This document shows positions 7,446 to 17,176 of a stretch of DNA of 18,540 nucleotides, piece by piece. The notes below the pieces were generated by a model. The model was not told where the DNA came from. It worked only from the letters and a program-made list of their open reading frames with translations, and made no database searches. Position 1 is the first letter of the stretch; every line of letters begins with the position of its first letter. Source of the stretch: Thermodesulfobacteriota bacterium (lineage in GTDB: Bacteria > Desulfobacterota_D > UBA1144 > Nemesobacterales > N074bin48); NCBI GenBank assembly GCA_041572575.1, contig JBFFSH010000050.1:1-18540 (forward strand). The letters run 5' to 3'. The translations under genes were made by a program, and so were the position numbers.

Positions 7446-8180
7446 ATGTCAAAACTATATCTATCTGTAATTATCCCCGCCTTTAATGAACAACTGCGTA
7501 TAGAAAAAACACTTAATTCAATAGCTGATTATTTATCAAATCAGGATTATAGCTGGGAAGTAATCATAGTTTCGGATGGCTCTACAGATAGAACTGACGA
7601 GATAGTAGAAAATTTCATACAGGGTAATCCTCAGTTTAAATTGCAGAGTAATGCTCAAAATCATGGTAAAGGATATGCAGTACGGCAGGGAATACTATTT
7701 GCTGAGGGAAAGTATAGACTATTTACAGATGCGAATAACTCAACTTCAATTGAACAGATAGAAAAGTTCTGGCCTTATTTATTGGATGACAACTATGATA
7801 TTGTTATTGGCTCCATATCGCTTCCCGGTACTAATATCATTGAAAACGCACAGTGGTACCGCAGACAGCTTGGCAAATTTTCAAAAAACATTGTTAAATT
7901 TGTATCAGGCTTAAATGATATCAATGATACTCAAAGGGGTTTTAAGATTTTTAGAGATGATACTGCAATAAGAGTTTTTTCTCTCTCAAAATTGGATATG
8001 TTTGGCTTTGATTTTGAAATTCTCAAAATCGCAAAAATCCATGGATATAAAATAAAAGAAGTACCGGTAGTATGGAATAATCCCGCAGGATCTAAAGTAA
8101 CCCTGGAGAGCTATGTGGACACATTCTGGGAGTTGTTAATGGTAAGGTGGAATTTATTCAGGGGATATTATCAAAATTGA
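7446..8180 (+). CDS. GT2 glycosyltransferase, dolichyl-phosphate beta-glucosyltransferase (ALG5/DPG synthase)-like
   Basis: 244 aa; LSVIIPAFNE, VSDGSTDRT, NHGKGYAVRQG, LFTDANNSTS, DTQRGFKIF, FGFDFEIL, IKEVPVVW. Confidence 0.88.
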   Translation: MSKLYLSVIIPAFNEQLRIEKTLNSIADYLSNQDYSWEVIIVSDGSTDRTDEIVENFIQGNPQFKLQSNAQNHGKGYAVRQGILFAEGKYRLFTDANNSTSIEQIEKFWPYLLDDNYDIVIGSISLPGTNIIENAQWYRRQLGKFSKNIVKFVSGLNDINDTQRGFKIFRDDTAIRVFSLSKLDMFGFDFEILKIAKIHGYKIKEVPVVWNNPAGSKVTLESYVDTFWELLMVRWNLFRGYYQN

Positions 8181-8272
8181 TGAATGGTATGTTTTTATTT
8201 AAAACGGCAAATAATAATTCTAATAAGGGGAAATTCATTACTTAATTTGTTGATATTTGTGGCTTAGTTAAC

Positions 8273-9898
8273 TTATTTAATAAGTGGATTAATTAATAAC
8301 TCTTTACCTGTATATAATTTGCTCCAATGCAGCGATTCAAACAGGCCGGATTCGGTGATCAAACCCATCGCATATTCATTTAGAAAGGGGGGTATGATTA
8401 TTAGAAAATAAATAAAAACTACGGCATATATCCATCTGCTATTATTTTCTATATATAAGTACTGTATTATCATAGAGCTAAATAAAAAAAGCACACATAA
8501 TGCGGGTATGCTTACTCTCATAACAAAATCATTTAATGGGTCACTATATATGACTGGTATAACAAGCAAGGTGAATAATATAATCAGTAATATATTTGGT
8601 ATATTCCTTTTCTTATATAGGTACAAAGATATTAATAAAAATACAGGTAGCAGTTCAACAAGAAAAAATTTGAAATAATTATAAATCCCACCAGAGAGTC
8701 TCAAATTCTTATTAATGTGTATCTGAACACTCTCAGTTTTTGTAGAGTAGAAATTTAATATAAGGATTGTAGAAATTAAAAAGCTTATTATATCTACATA
8801 AGTAGCTTTAAGAAAAATTACTATCTTGGATTTTAGTGAACATATTTTGTCCGGTTTAACATAATCGAAAAGAAAAAATATTGCTATAAACAGTATTCCT
8901 ATAAAGCACCAAGCCGAACCCGAAAGTACAAATACTCCAAATATACATATTGGAAATCTATCTAACTTCTTTCTATAAAGAGATAAAAATACAATAGCTA
9001 ACATCCCTACGACAAATTGGCTTGGAACCCACTGCCATAATGAAATAAAAGAACTAAACTGCGCATTATAAGGTGAAGTCCATTCGGAGTGCGACACATA
9101 TATCTTATTCTCCTCATATGATTTCAACCAGTAATTTAAACCAGAGAAGGGAATAAGAGATATAAAAAACATAGAGTATTCATTTTGATAATTCCTTAAA
9201 TTAAAAAGCTTTTTGGTAGATAAAGGTATTAGCAAACAGGCAAGTATGATACCAATCAAATTCCACACAAAAAAAGTTAAAGACATTAAATATATCACGC
9301 TTTCTTTAGTATCAAACTGCGTAAATAGAGATACTAGCTTAGCAATATATACTGAAGGAAGATACATGGAGTAGTAATATACAAGCCTTGGTATAAGTTC
9401 ATTGTAAGTATTCGAATCAAACGTAAATGCGGCTATGCTAGGATCAATCGGGTTCAAATATAATGAATATAAAACACTCCTGTGTTTTGCCCAATCTACT
9501 AGAAACCCTTTGTCAACAAATAGTTGAAAATAGGCAAAGATTAATATGCTTAAAAATAAGGTAAAAAAATCAAGTCTTATAGAATATGGTTGCTCATCAT
9601 TGAAGATATTATTTCCGGCTAGTTTGAAAATATGATAAACGAATAATATCAGTATGATATTGCCTAAAATGATTTTTATTCCTATGCTCGTATATATTGA
9701 TATTAAGAACAAAAAGGAAGGAATAAACATATAAAGCAGTGCTGTAATGTTTATGTAATTTAATTTTTTTCTATCTATTGTTATAGTTGTTTTAAAGCTG
9801 TAGAAGATAGTGAAAATTATTGATACAACTAGGAAGTAAATATAGTAGTATGAGTAATTCTTATCTAAGTAGTCTGTGATAATGTTTAATGAATCCAT
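8273..9898 (-). CDS. Polytopic membrane protein, putative GT-C-fold glycosyltransferase of an unassigned family
   Basis: 541 aa, roughly 12-14 hydrophobic segments by eye. Loop motifs DWAKH, LVYYYSMYLP, QFSS..SLWQWVPSQF and NDFVMRVSIPAL. Lies among GT2/GT-C genes. The function is inferred. Confidence 0.6.
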   Translation of the reverse strand: MDSLNIITDYLDKNYSYYYIYFLVVSIIFTIFYSFKTTITIDRKKLNYINITALLYMFIPSFLFLISIYTSIGIKIILGNIILILFVYHIFKLAGNNIFNDEQPYSIRLDFFTLFLSILIFAYFQLFVDKGFLVDWAKHRSVLYSLYLNPIDPSIAAFTFDSNTYNELIPRLVYYYSMYLPSVYIAKLVSLFTQFDTKESVIYLMSLTFFVWNLIGIILACLLIPLSTKKLFNLRNYQNEYSMFFISLIPFSGLNYWLKSYEENKIYVSHSEWTSPYNAQFSSFISLWQWVPSQFVVGMLAIVFLSLYRKKLDRFPICIFGVFVLSGSAWCFIGILFIAIFFLFDYVKPDKICSLKSKIVIFLKATYVDIISFLISTILILNFYSTKTESVQIHINKNLRLSGGIYNYFKFFLVELLPVFLLISLYLYKKRNIPNILLIILFTLLVIPVIYSDPLNDFVMRVSIPALCVLFLFSSMIIQYLYIENNSRWIYAVVFIYFLIIIPPFLNEYAMGLITESGLFESLHWSKLYTGKELLINPLIK

Positions 9899-10256
9899 AG
9901 AAATTTCTGAAACAATTACAAATTTAGAAATTATATTCTATCATATATTGAGTATAGGTTCATCGACGAAATATTTAGTGGTTATTTATATTGATTTTTA
10001 TCTACCAAAGCATGAGCCAAAAGGTACAAGTTTAATAATGAGAATGAAATTGCATATTGAGCGTCAAATTAGGATAGTGAAATAAAATTTATACACTTTT
10101 GATATTACTAAATTTATTTGAAGTTGCCAATATATATTGAAGCAGTTTATAAACTTTTGTTAAGTTCAGAATAATATTTATATTTCATGATTTAACAATA
10201 AATAACTCTAATACTATACTAATGGTGTATTAAATAGATTATCATAAAAGTCGAAT

Positions 10257-11876
10257 ATGAAATTTAACATTGATTCAGTTTTTACAATAAGCGAATTGAG
10301 AATTCCTAAATATGTTGAATATGCAGCGGTGCTATTAACCATATTATTGGGAATAGTACTGAGGACAGCAGGTCTGGATCTATTTCCATTTGGATTAGCA
10401 GGGGATGAAGCCTGGTCGGGACTTGAAGCACAACGTATCTTACAGCAAGGAGGTATAGGAGCCTGGTCTCCTACTGCTCTTGGTCAACCTTCAGGATATT
10501 TTTATTGGGTTGCATTATTTTTTACATTTCTCCCAAATGATATTGGTAGTTTACGGCTAACATTTGCATTAATTGGTATAATCACTCTTGTTCTGTGTTA
10601 TTTGTTTACACGAAGCTTCTTCGGGCGATTTGTTGCGATTGTTAGTTTATTCCTTCTATGCGTAAGCCCTTGGCACATATTAATAAGCCGTTCTGCACTT
10701 AGTTATTTATTTCCACCACTATTCATTTCTGCATCATTAATGTTCATGAATCGTGGTTTGAAAAGTAATAATTTATTATATCTTTGTTTTGCCGGTATTG
10801 CCTTTGGTTTAGGATTTCATACATATTTGGGATATTTTGCATCAACATATATTTTTGTACTTCTTTGGATAGTTCTTATAGTTAAATTCAGAAAAAATTA
10901 TGATAAAATTTTGATAGATGCAACTGTATTTTGGTCATTTGCAATTTTAGCATCGTTACCCGTATTGATTTTTATCTATAACCATACGGGAGATATTATC
11001 TGGAGATCAAATTTTTCATCTGTATTTGCGCTTGCCGAATATAAAAACCTTAATGACTCCAGTTCGAAAATACTATTTTTTGCTACACAAATATATAAGT
11101 CTATTGCTTCATTCTTTGTTACATATAATGGTGTCTTTAGTAGAACCGGCATTCTTGGATTGTCTACAAAGATATTTTTATTAATAGGAATAATTATAAG
11201 CTTTATCCGATACAAAGACTGGCATTACAATGTATTGTTAATTGGATTTATTATAGCAATACTACAGATTGCTTTAACAACAAATACGGGTGCGTTGTTT
11301 CCTCATGTAGAAAAACAGGCGGGTACAAGAGGTGTTATAGCATTACCCATGATTTATGCATTAGCCGGTATTGGTTTTGCGTTTACACTACAAAAACTAT
11401 CAAGACTTTTTCCATTGACATTGGTTTGGATACCAAGAGTTTTCATGTGCATAGTATTAATTTTATATGGTGCTTATTATTTGAATAAATCTTATAAATT
11501 TTCTGCTCAAAGTGATTCAGTTAAGTGGTTTTATGAGCCTTCGATACGCTTAACTTCTGAATATCTAGATGAACTAAGAAAATCAGAAGGTGATATATAT
11601 GTTTATTTCTATTCCGACCGGTGGTTCTGGAATTATGAACCAATTAGATTTCTTGCACCGGATTTGAAAGGGGAGAATCGTTCCAGGAAGTTTGGGGAAT
11701 TTTCTATAGAGCTAAATCCCGCTCATTCAAAGGTAGTGTATTTACTTATGCCTCCTTACGATAAATATTTGGAACAATTAAAATCAAAATATCCCGGAGG
11801 ACAACAGTATCAAATCAACTATGATAACCAGCTTATGTTTAAAGGATATTATCTTGGAGCTAACAACTTAAAGTGA
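10257..11876 (+). CDS. ArnT/PMT-like (GT83/GT39-type, PMT_2) GT-C glycosyltransferase
   Basis: 539 aa. First TM helix ends LR, then loop GLAGDEAWSG with the DE acidic pair, GQPSGYFY, SLRL, SPWHILISR and GLGFHTY; multiple TM helices and a C-terminal soluble domain. Confidence 0.85.
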   Translation: MKFNIDSVFTISELRIPKYVEYAAVLLTILLGIVLRTAGLDLFPFGLAGDEAWSGLEAQRILQQGGIGAWSPTALGQPSGYFYWVALFFTFLPNDIGSLRLTFALIGIITLVLCYLFTRSFFGRFVAIVSLFLLCVSPWHILISRSALSYLFPPLFISASLMFMNRGLKSNNLLYLCFAGIAFGLGFHTYLGYFASTYIFVLLWIVLIVKFRKNYDKILIDATVFWSFAILASLPVLIFIYNHTGDIIWRSNFSSVFALAEYKNLNDSSSKILFFATQIYKSIASFFVTYNGVFSRTGILGLSTKIFLLIGIIISFIRYKDWHYNVLLIGFIIAILQIALTTNTGALFPHVEKQAGTRGVIALPMIYALAGIGFAFTLQKLSRLFPLTLVWIPRVFMCIVLILYGAYYLNKSYKFSAQSDSVKWFYEPSIRLTSEYLDELRKSEGDIYVYFYSDRWFWNYEPIRFLAPDLKGENRSRKFGEFSIELNPAHSKVVYLLMPPYDKYLEQLKSKYPGGQQYQINYDNQLMFKGYYLGANNLK

Positions 11877-11919
11877 GATAAATATATAGTGCTTTGAATA
11901 TTAATGGGTTGTTTACATG

Positions 11920-12867
11920 CTATTGTTTATCTTCTTTGTCATAGCCGGCAGTTTCATTTATTATATATTTGGGTCTATTCTGAACTTGCATAAAAATCTG
12001 CCCTATATATTCACCCAGCAATCCTATTAATATAAACATAATGCCGAATAAAAAAGATAATACTCCTACTGCTGATGCCCAACCTGGTACTGCATCATAC
12101 GAAAACATCTTTGTAAATATAACAAATAGTAGCTCTAAAAAAGCCAGCAAACTGGTGATAATTCCTATAATAATCCCCAAACGCAAAGGAATTATAGAGA
12201 ATGAAGTTATAGCGGACAAGGCTAAACGTATCATTTTTGTTAGGTCATATTTTGATTCACCGATCTGTCTTGTGTTGGGTGTATATTGAATGTTTATTGA
12301 TGGGAAACCGCTCCATTGGATTAATCCTCTAATAAACAAACCAGCCTCGTTGAATTTTAGTAATTCGTCTATAACTTTTCTGTCCAAAAGTCTGAAGTCT
12401 GCCATCCCATCTGCAAGTTGAACTCCACTTAGAAATGAAAACAATTTATAAAACAATGTTGATGATGTTTTCTTGAAATAAGATAATTTGGTATTATCTA
12501 TTCGCTGGGTATTTACTATCTTGAATCCTTCTTTCCATTTTTGTAACAATTGAGTAATAATTTCGGGAGGATGTTGTAGATCTGCATCTAATGTAATTAC
12601 TGCCTGACCCTTCGCATAATTCATGCCTGCAAGTAAAGCATACTGATGGCCGAAGTTCTTAGTGAATCTCAATCCTTTTATATGTTTATCCTGATTATAT
12701 AATTTTAGAATCTCATCCCATGTATCATCTTTGCTCCCATCATCCACGAATATTATTTCATATTGAGTTTTTATTTTTTTTAATACATTTGTTAACTCTT
12801 TATGTATCAATGCTATGTTTCTGTCTTCACAATACGCAGGGATAACTATTGATAGTAAGTTTTTCAC
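11920..12867 (-). CDS. GT2 GtrB/YkoT-type polyprenyl-phosphate glycosyltransferase with two C-terminal TM helices
   Basis: 315 aa, GTG start; SIVIPAYCE, FVDDGSKD, NFGHQYALLAG, ITLDADLQHPP, DFRLLDRKV, FIRGL, GESKY, GLLGEYIGQI, RPKYII. Confidence 0.93.
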   Translation of the reverse strand: MKNLLSIVIPAYCEDRNIALIHKELTNVLKKIKTQYEIIFVDDGSKDDTWDEILKLYNQDKHIKGLRFTKNFGHQYALLAGMNYAKGQAVITLDADLQHPPEIITQLLQKWKEGFKIVNTQRIDNTKLSYFKKTSSTLFYKLFSFLSGVQLADGMADFRLLDRKVIDELLKFNEAGLFIRGLIQWSGFPSINIQYTPNTRQIGESKYDLTKMIRLALSAITSFSIIPLRLGIIIGIITSLLAFLELLFVIFTKMFSYDAVPGWASAVGVLSFLFGIMFILIGLLGEYIGQIFMQVQNRPKYIINETAGYDKEDKQ

Positions 12868-12987
12868 TTTATTAGTTTAAATAAACCTATATTAATATTT
12901 ACCATTTATATTCCAATTATATTAAATAAATGTATTTAAATGCATAATAAATAGATAAAATTTTAGATCTATTCCATTTGTAGTTTA

Positions 12988-14967
12988 TCACTCTTTTATA
13001 TTATCATTATTACAAACATTATCTATTGGATAAATTTTTTCTTCGAGTCTCGAAGTCTTATCATGAAAAACCGGTACAAAATTATCATCAAAGAATCTAT
13101 AGTTTATTTCAAAATGAGGTTCCTTTTCAAACTGTAGTTCGGTTTGTACATAATCAAAATGAATCAATTTTGATTTTTCACAGAAGTCTTTTAATGATTT
13201 GGGGTTATATAGATCTTTTACCAAATCTTCTCTTCCCTTGGTGTCATACCCTGTACTCCAGGCAAAATATGGCCAGCCTTGGGTTGTTCTTCTTCCTGCA
13301 AGTGATATGGGGTTTAGAATTCTATAGGTTGTGAGAAATACATCATCTTGGTTTGTGTTGTTAAAGACCCAGGCAGCCATGGGTTGCTTTTGAAAATCAT
13401 CCAGTACTACTTTGCCATCATTTTTTATTGGAATGAGATCAAAAATCCCAGAAAATGTGAGTGGGATAAGAAGTAGTATGGATATAATTGTACCCAGCTT
13501 AAATTTACTATAAATAAGATAAAGCAAATAAGCGGTATACATATTTGCTAAAACTATCCATAAATTAAAAATTTTGTGATTACCGGCCATTTCAATACTA
13601 AACTGAAATGTGCTTCCAAGAATGAAGAGGCTTAGAAATATTAGGAAGATATACTTCCTTTGTCTGTCAACGATGAAAAAAGAAGCGGTTAACGTTATTA
13701 AACTCAAACCAATATTAAAAAACCAGTATTTATAAAATGAATAAACAGCACTAGTTATGGAATTTAATAATTCGGTTTGGAAATACTCTACTGGTATCAT
13801 ATTGAAAATTACGAGATAGCCGGGGTTTATCTTAAAACTGCTTTCAATGTTTTGTGATGCCAGTTGTAAGTACAATATCTGTGGTAAAGCTATAATCAAA
13901 GCAATTACTATTGAGAGAAAAACATTTTTTCTATCTGAAAATAATAGAAAAAAAAGTCCCAGTATGAGTAAGAGACATAAAAATACCTGCCCATGCCATA
14001 GAACTAACAGTCCAGATATAGCGCCAATAAAATAATAAGATTTCTTGCTATGTTTATATAACCAATCAAATTTTTCATTTATCAGAAAAATAATTACCAT
14101 TAATGCAATACAAAAACCAAAAGCTAAGTGTCGTTGATTTAAATATATATTTAAATTCCAGAATGCGGATATGATATCACCACCCCAAGGTCCAAAAGAG
14201 ACATATTCATTCATATTCCAGAAAGTTTTGAACATGTTATGAGCAGTTTGTTTTCCATATTGTTTAAAAAACTCAACATATGTCAGTGAACTATTTAGTA
14301 GAAATAAAACTACTGTAGTAAAACCTATAAAATTCGAGTTATTAAATAGTCTTTTTGATATATAGAAAAGGAAGACCATCATGCAACTAAATGACAGGGC
14401 AGACGGTAAATTCAAAGCATAACCTAGTGGAATACCTCCTGTTTCTAGTACTGCAACAAGAAAATTAAACATGAAGTGATACCTTAGAGGCTCATTTGCA
14501 AATACAGGATGTTCAAGAAGTAAGTTGTTCCCATAACTGAATGACCTGATAAGAGGAAGATGAAAACCATAATCACTCCATATAAGTCTGGAAATTATTA
14601 TATTATGGTTTTCCATGTCATAAGAAAAGGTATGAGAAAATAATATCCAGGAAAACATAAGAGCAAGTGAGAACAATCCTATATTCCACCAGTTGAGGGA
14701 ATAATCTTTTCTTAGATACTTACGATATTTTGCTAATATAATTAATTGAATCAGAATCGTTAATGCTGTTGCATAAATAATGGGGTTTAGAGAAACATAG
14801 TTTAAAGTTAAGGAAAACAAAAAAGCTATCCAAGTAGAAAATAAAAGTCCAATAATGATTGAAATTGCGATTTTAATTAAACCTCTAAATTGATTAAGGT
14901 ATAATGAGGTTAATAAAAAACCTGTAAGGTAAGAACAATATAGAAAAAGAATAGGTACAATAATCAT
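12988..14967 (-). CDS. Polytopic membrane protein, putative GT-C-fold glycosyltransferase with C-terminal extracytoplasmic domain
   Basis: 659 aa, many TM segments. Loop WSDYGFHLPLIRSF...HPVFANEPLRYHF, then WNLNIYLNQRH and GNHKIFN. Soluble tail WVFNNTNQDDVFLT...LAGRR...GWPYFAWSTG. Confidence 0.68.
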   Translation of the reverse strand: MIIVPILFLYCSYLTGFLLTSLYLNQFRGLIKIAISIIIGLLFSTWIAFLFSLTLNYVSLNPIIYATALTILIQLIILAKYRKYLRKDYSLNWWNIGLFSLALMFSWILFSHTFSYDMENHNIIISRLIWSDYGFHLPLIRSFSYGNNLLLEHPVFANEPLRYHFMFNFLVAVLETGGIPLGYALNLPSALSFSCMMVFLFYISKRLFNNSNFIGFTTVVLFLLNSSLTYVEFFKQYGKQTAHNMFKTFWNMNEYVSFGPWGGDIISAFWNLNIYLNQRHLAFGFCIALMVIIFLINEKFDWLYKHSKKSYYFIGAISGLLVLWHGQVFLCLLLILGLFFLLFSDRKNVFLSIVIALIIALPQILYLQLASQNIESSFKINPGYLVIFNMIPVEYFQTELLNSITSAVYSFYKYWFFNIGLSLITLTASFFIVDRQRKYIFLIFLSLFILGSTFQFSIEMAGNHKIFNLWIVLANMYTAYLLYLIYSKFKLGTIISILLLIPLTFSGIFDLIPIKNDGKVVLDDFQKQPMAAWVFNNTNQDDVFLTTYRILNPISLAGRRTTQGWPYFAWSTGYDTKGREDLVKDLYNPKSLKDFCEKSKLIHFDYVQTELQFEKEPHFEINYRFFDDNFVPVFHDKTSRLEEKIYPIDNVCNNDNIKE

Positions 14968-15018
14968 CTTTGAATAATTGGATAATTAGTTAATATACAT
15001 TAGGAGATACATGATATC

Positions 15019-17169
15019 TTGCTGCAACCTACATTCATAACAAGCATATACTACTGGTGGCTTATATTATTTGTTCTGGGAATTATCAATTTTCCTCTCA
15101 CTTATTATTTCTTTACTAACTTTTGGGACAGAGGTTATGCACTGTCCAAGGTCTTGTCTATTTTAATAATATCATATGTAGTTTGGCTTGTTTCGTCAAT
15201 CTTTCCTGTATTTTCAAGAGCCACTATTTTCATTGTTATAATTGCGTTATTAATTTTAAATATAGTCTTATTTACCAAATACAAGAGAGACATTTCAGGC
15301 TTTTTAAAAACATCTTTTCATATAGTCATTGTTGAAGAATTCCTTTGTCTAATCACACTTTTTTTCTGGAGTTATGTAAGATCTCATCTTCCGGACATAA
15401 ACGGTCTTGAAAAATTTATGGATTTTGGGTTCTTAAACGCATCACTTATTACCAAAAGCTTTCCACCTACAGATATGTGGTATTCGCCTCTTCCAATAAA
15501 CTATTATTATTATGGTCACTATATTTCAGCAATGCTTACAAAGCTATCGAATATTGACCCCGCTATTACATACAACCTCATGATAGCTACGGTTTTTAGT
15601 CTAAGCTTTACATCATGTTTTAGCCTTAGTTCGAATATCGTTCATCTTGCTGCCGGTAAATCAGGAAAAGATGAGAAAAAGAGAATATTTAGTAGAAAAC
15701 TCGTTTTATACGGCATAATATCATCCTGTCTTCTTACCATGGCGGGTAATTTACACACTGTAAGACATATTTGGGAGGGTGTTAACAAGTACTGGTATCC
15801 TGATGCCACTCGCTATATCCCCTTTACTATACACGAGTTTCCTCTATACAGTTTTGTAGTTGCTGATCTGCATGCACATTTTATGAACATTCCATTTGTT
15901 ATTTTCGGGCTTTCAACCCTGCTTGTAATATTTTACAGACGTTTTATTAAATTCGAATTATTATCAATTCAGTACTATATTCTCTACTCCTTTCTTCTGG
16001 CAATATTTTTTATCACCAATTCACTAGATGCGGCGATCTATATATGCTTTTTTGCCCTTGTTCTGTTTTATTCTAATTATTATCTAAACCGAAATATTAT
16101 TAAATCACTTATTTCTGCTCTCCCTGTAACTGCTATGGTCGTACTCCTGGGGGTGCTTTTTTCACTACCTTTTCACCTGCATTTTGAGCCTTTTTCAAGT
16201 TCTATCGGAATAGTAACAACAAGATCAGAAGTTGATAAACTGTTGGTTCTCTGGGGATTTTTCTGGTTTAGTTCAGTCGTTTTTACTCTTGCTGTTCTTA
16301 GCACTGGTACGGGCAGAATTGGCGCTGTCAATTCATTTGCAAAGAAGATGCTAAGTATCATTGCAAATCTCTTTGGACTTGATGTAATAACAAGAAAGTC
16401 CAAAAGTGATGATAAATCCTCCGGCATAACCCTTATGGATTTATTTGTTTTTACCATGATAATAACCGCTTTATTTCTAAACGCTTTTCCGGAATTCTTC
16501 TATTTTAAGGATATTTATCAAAATGATCACTACAGGGCAAATACCCTGTTTAAGCTTGGATATCAGAGTTTTATTTTATACTCTGTAATAACCGCATACA
16601 TAATATTCAGGTTAAATCAGCTACTAAGTAAGAATTCATATAATATATGGCTTATAGTGTTTGTTTTTGGTCTTATAAGCGTTATGAGCTATCCGTATTT
16701 CGCAGTTAAGACTTATTACAATAGCTTTAAAAATTTCAGGGGACTAAATGGATTGAGTTACCTTGATAAAAAATATCCGGACGACTACAAGGCAATTCTT
16801 TGGATAATAGAAAATATTAAGGAGCCGGAAGTAATAATTGAAGCTGTGGGTGAAAGCTATACTGATTATGCCAGAGTCTCTGCAAATACCGGCCTGCCTA
16901 CGGTTGTGGGATGGAGAGTGCATGAGTGGTTGTGGAGAGGAAGCTTTGACCCAGTTGGCAAGAGAACAGAAGAAGTTCAGGCAGCATTTACTACTACCGA
17001 TGAGAAGGTATTATCGGATTTTATTAAAAAATATGATGTAAAATATGTTTTTATTGGTAACCTGGAGCGCAAGCAGTATAAGGAACTAAATGAACAGAAC
17101 TTTAAGGACATTGGAGAGGAAATATTCAGATCGGGTAAAACTGTAATATATGAAATAATAAGTAATTAA
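15019..17169 (+). CDS. DUF2298 / Chlor_Arch_YYY family membrane protein (putative GT-C glycosyltransferase)
   Basis: 716 aa, TTG start (AGGAG 12 nt upstream). Family signatures GLEKFMDFGF, PPTDMWY..PINYYYYGH, TIHEFPLYSFVVADLHAH, RANTLFK, TGLPTVVGWRVHEWLWRG and KYDVKYVFIG. Confidence 0.88.
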   Translation: MLQPTFITSIYYWWLILFVLGIINFPLTYYFFTNFWDRGYALSKVLSILIISYVVWLVSSIFPVFSRATIFIVIIALLILNIVLFTKYKRDISGFLKTSFHIVIVEEFLCLITLFFWSYVRSHLPDINGLEKFMDFGFLNASLITKSFPPTDMWYSPLPINYYYYGHYISAMLTKLSNIDPAITYNLMIATVFSLSFTSCFSLSSNIVHLAAGKSGKDEKKRIFSRKLVLYGIISSCLLTMAGNLHTVRHIWEGVNKYWYPDATRYIPFTIHEFPLYSFVVADLHAHFMNIPFVIFGLSTLLVIFYRRFIKFELLSIQYYILYSFLLAIFFITNSLDAAIYICFFALVLFYSNYYLNRNIIKSLISALPVTAMVVLLGVLFSLPFHLHFEPFSSSIGIVTTRSEVDKLLVLWGFFWFSSVVFTLAVLSTGTGRIGAVNSFAKKMLSIIANLFGLDVITRKSKSDDKSSGITLMDLFVFTMIITALFLNAFPEFFYFKDIYQNDHYRANTLFKLGYQSFILYSVITAYIIFRLNQLLSKNSYNIWLIVFVFGLISVMSYPYFAVKTYYNSFKNFRGLNGLSYLDKKYPDDYKAILWIIENIKEPEVIIEAVGESYTDYARVSANTGLPTVVGWRVHEWLWRGSFDPVGKRTEEVQAAFTTTDEKVLSDFIKKYDVKYVFIGNLERKQYKELNEQNFKDIGEEIFRSGKTVIYEIISN

Positions 17170-17176
17170 TATCTTG

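Noticed and set aside
8273..9898. O-antigen polymerase or flippase (Wzy/Wzx) call
   Set aside because: No O-antigen pathway context, and the loop motifs parallel those of the neighbouring GT-C-like proteins; not fully excluded without a structure search.
9876..10085. 69-aa ORF in the long spacer
   Set aside because: Overlaps the start of the opposite-strand gene and has no SD or motif. A degraded remnant cannot be excluded but is unsupported.
10976..17041. Nested ORFs 10976-11215, 12041-12289, 13026-13334, 13847-14035, 15123-15335, 16173-16457 and 16838-17041
   Set aside because: Shadows within the glycosyltransferase genes.
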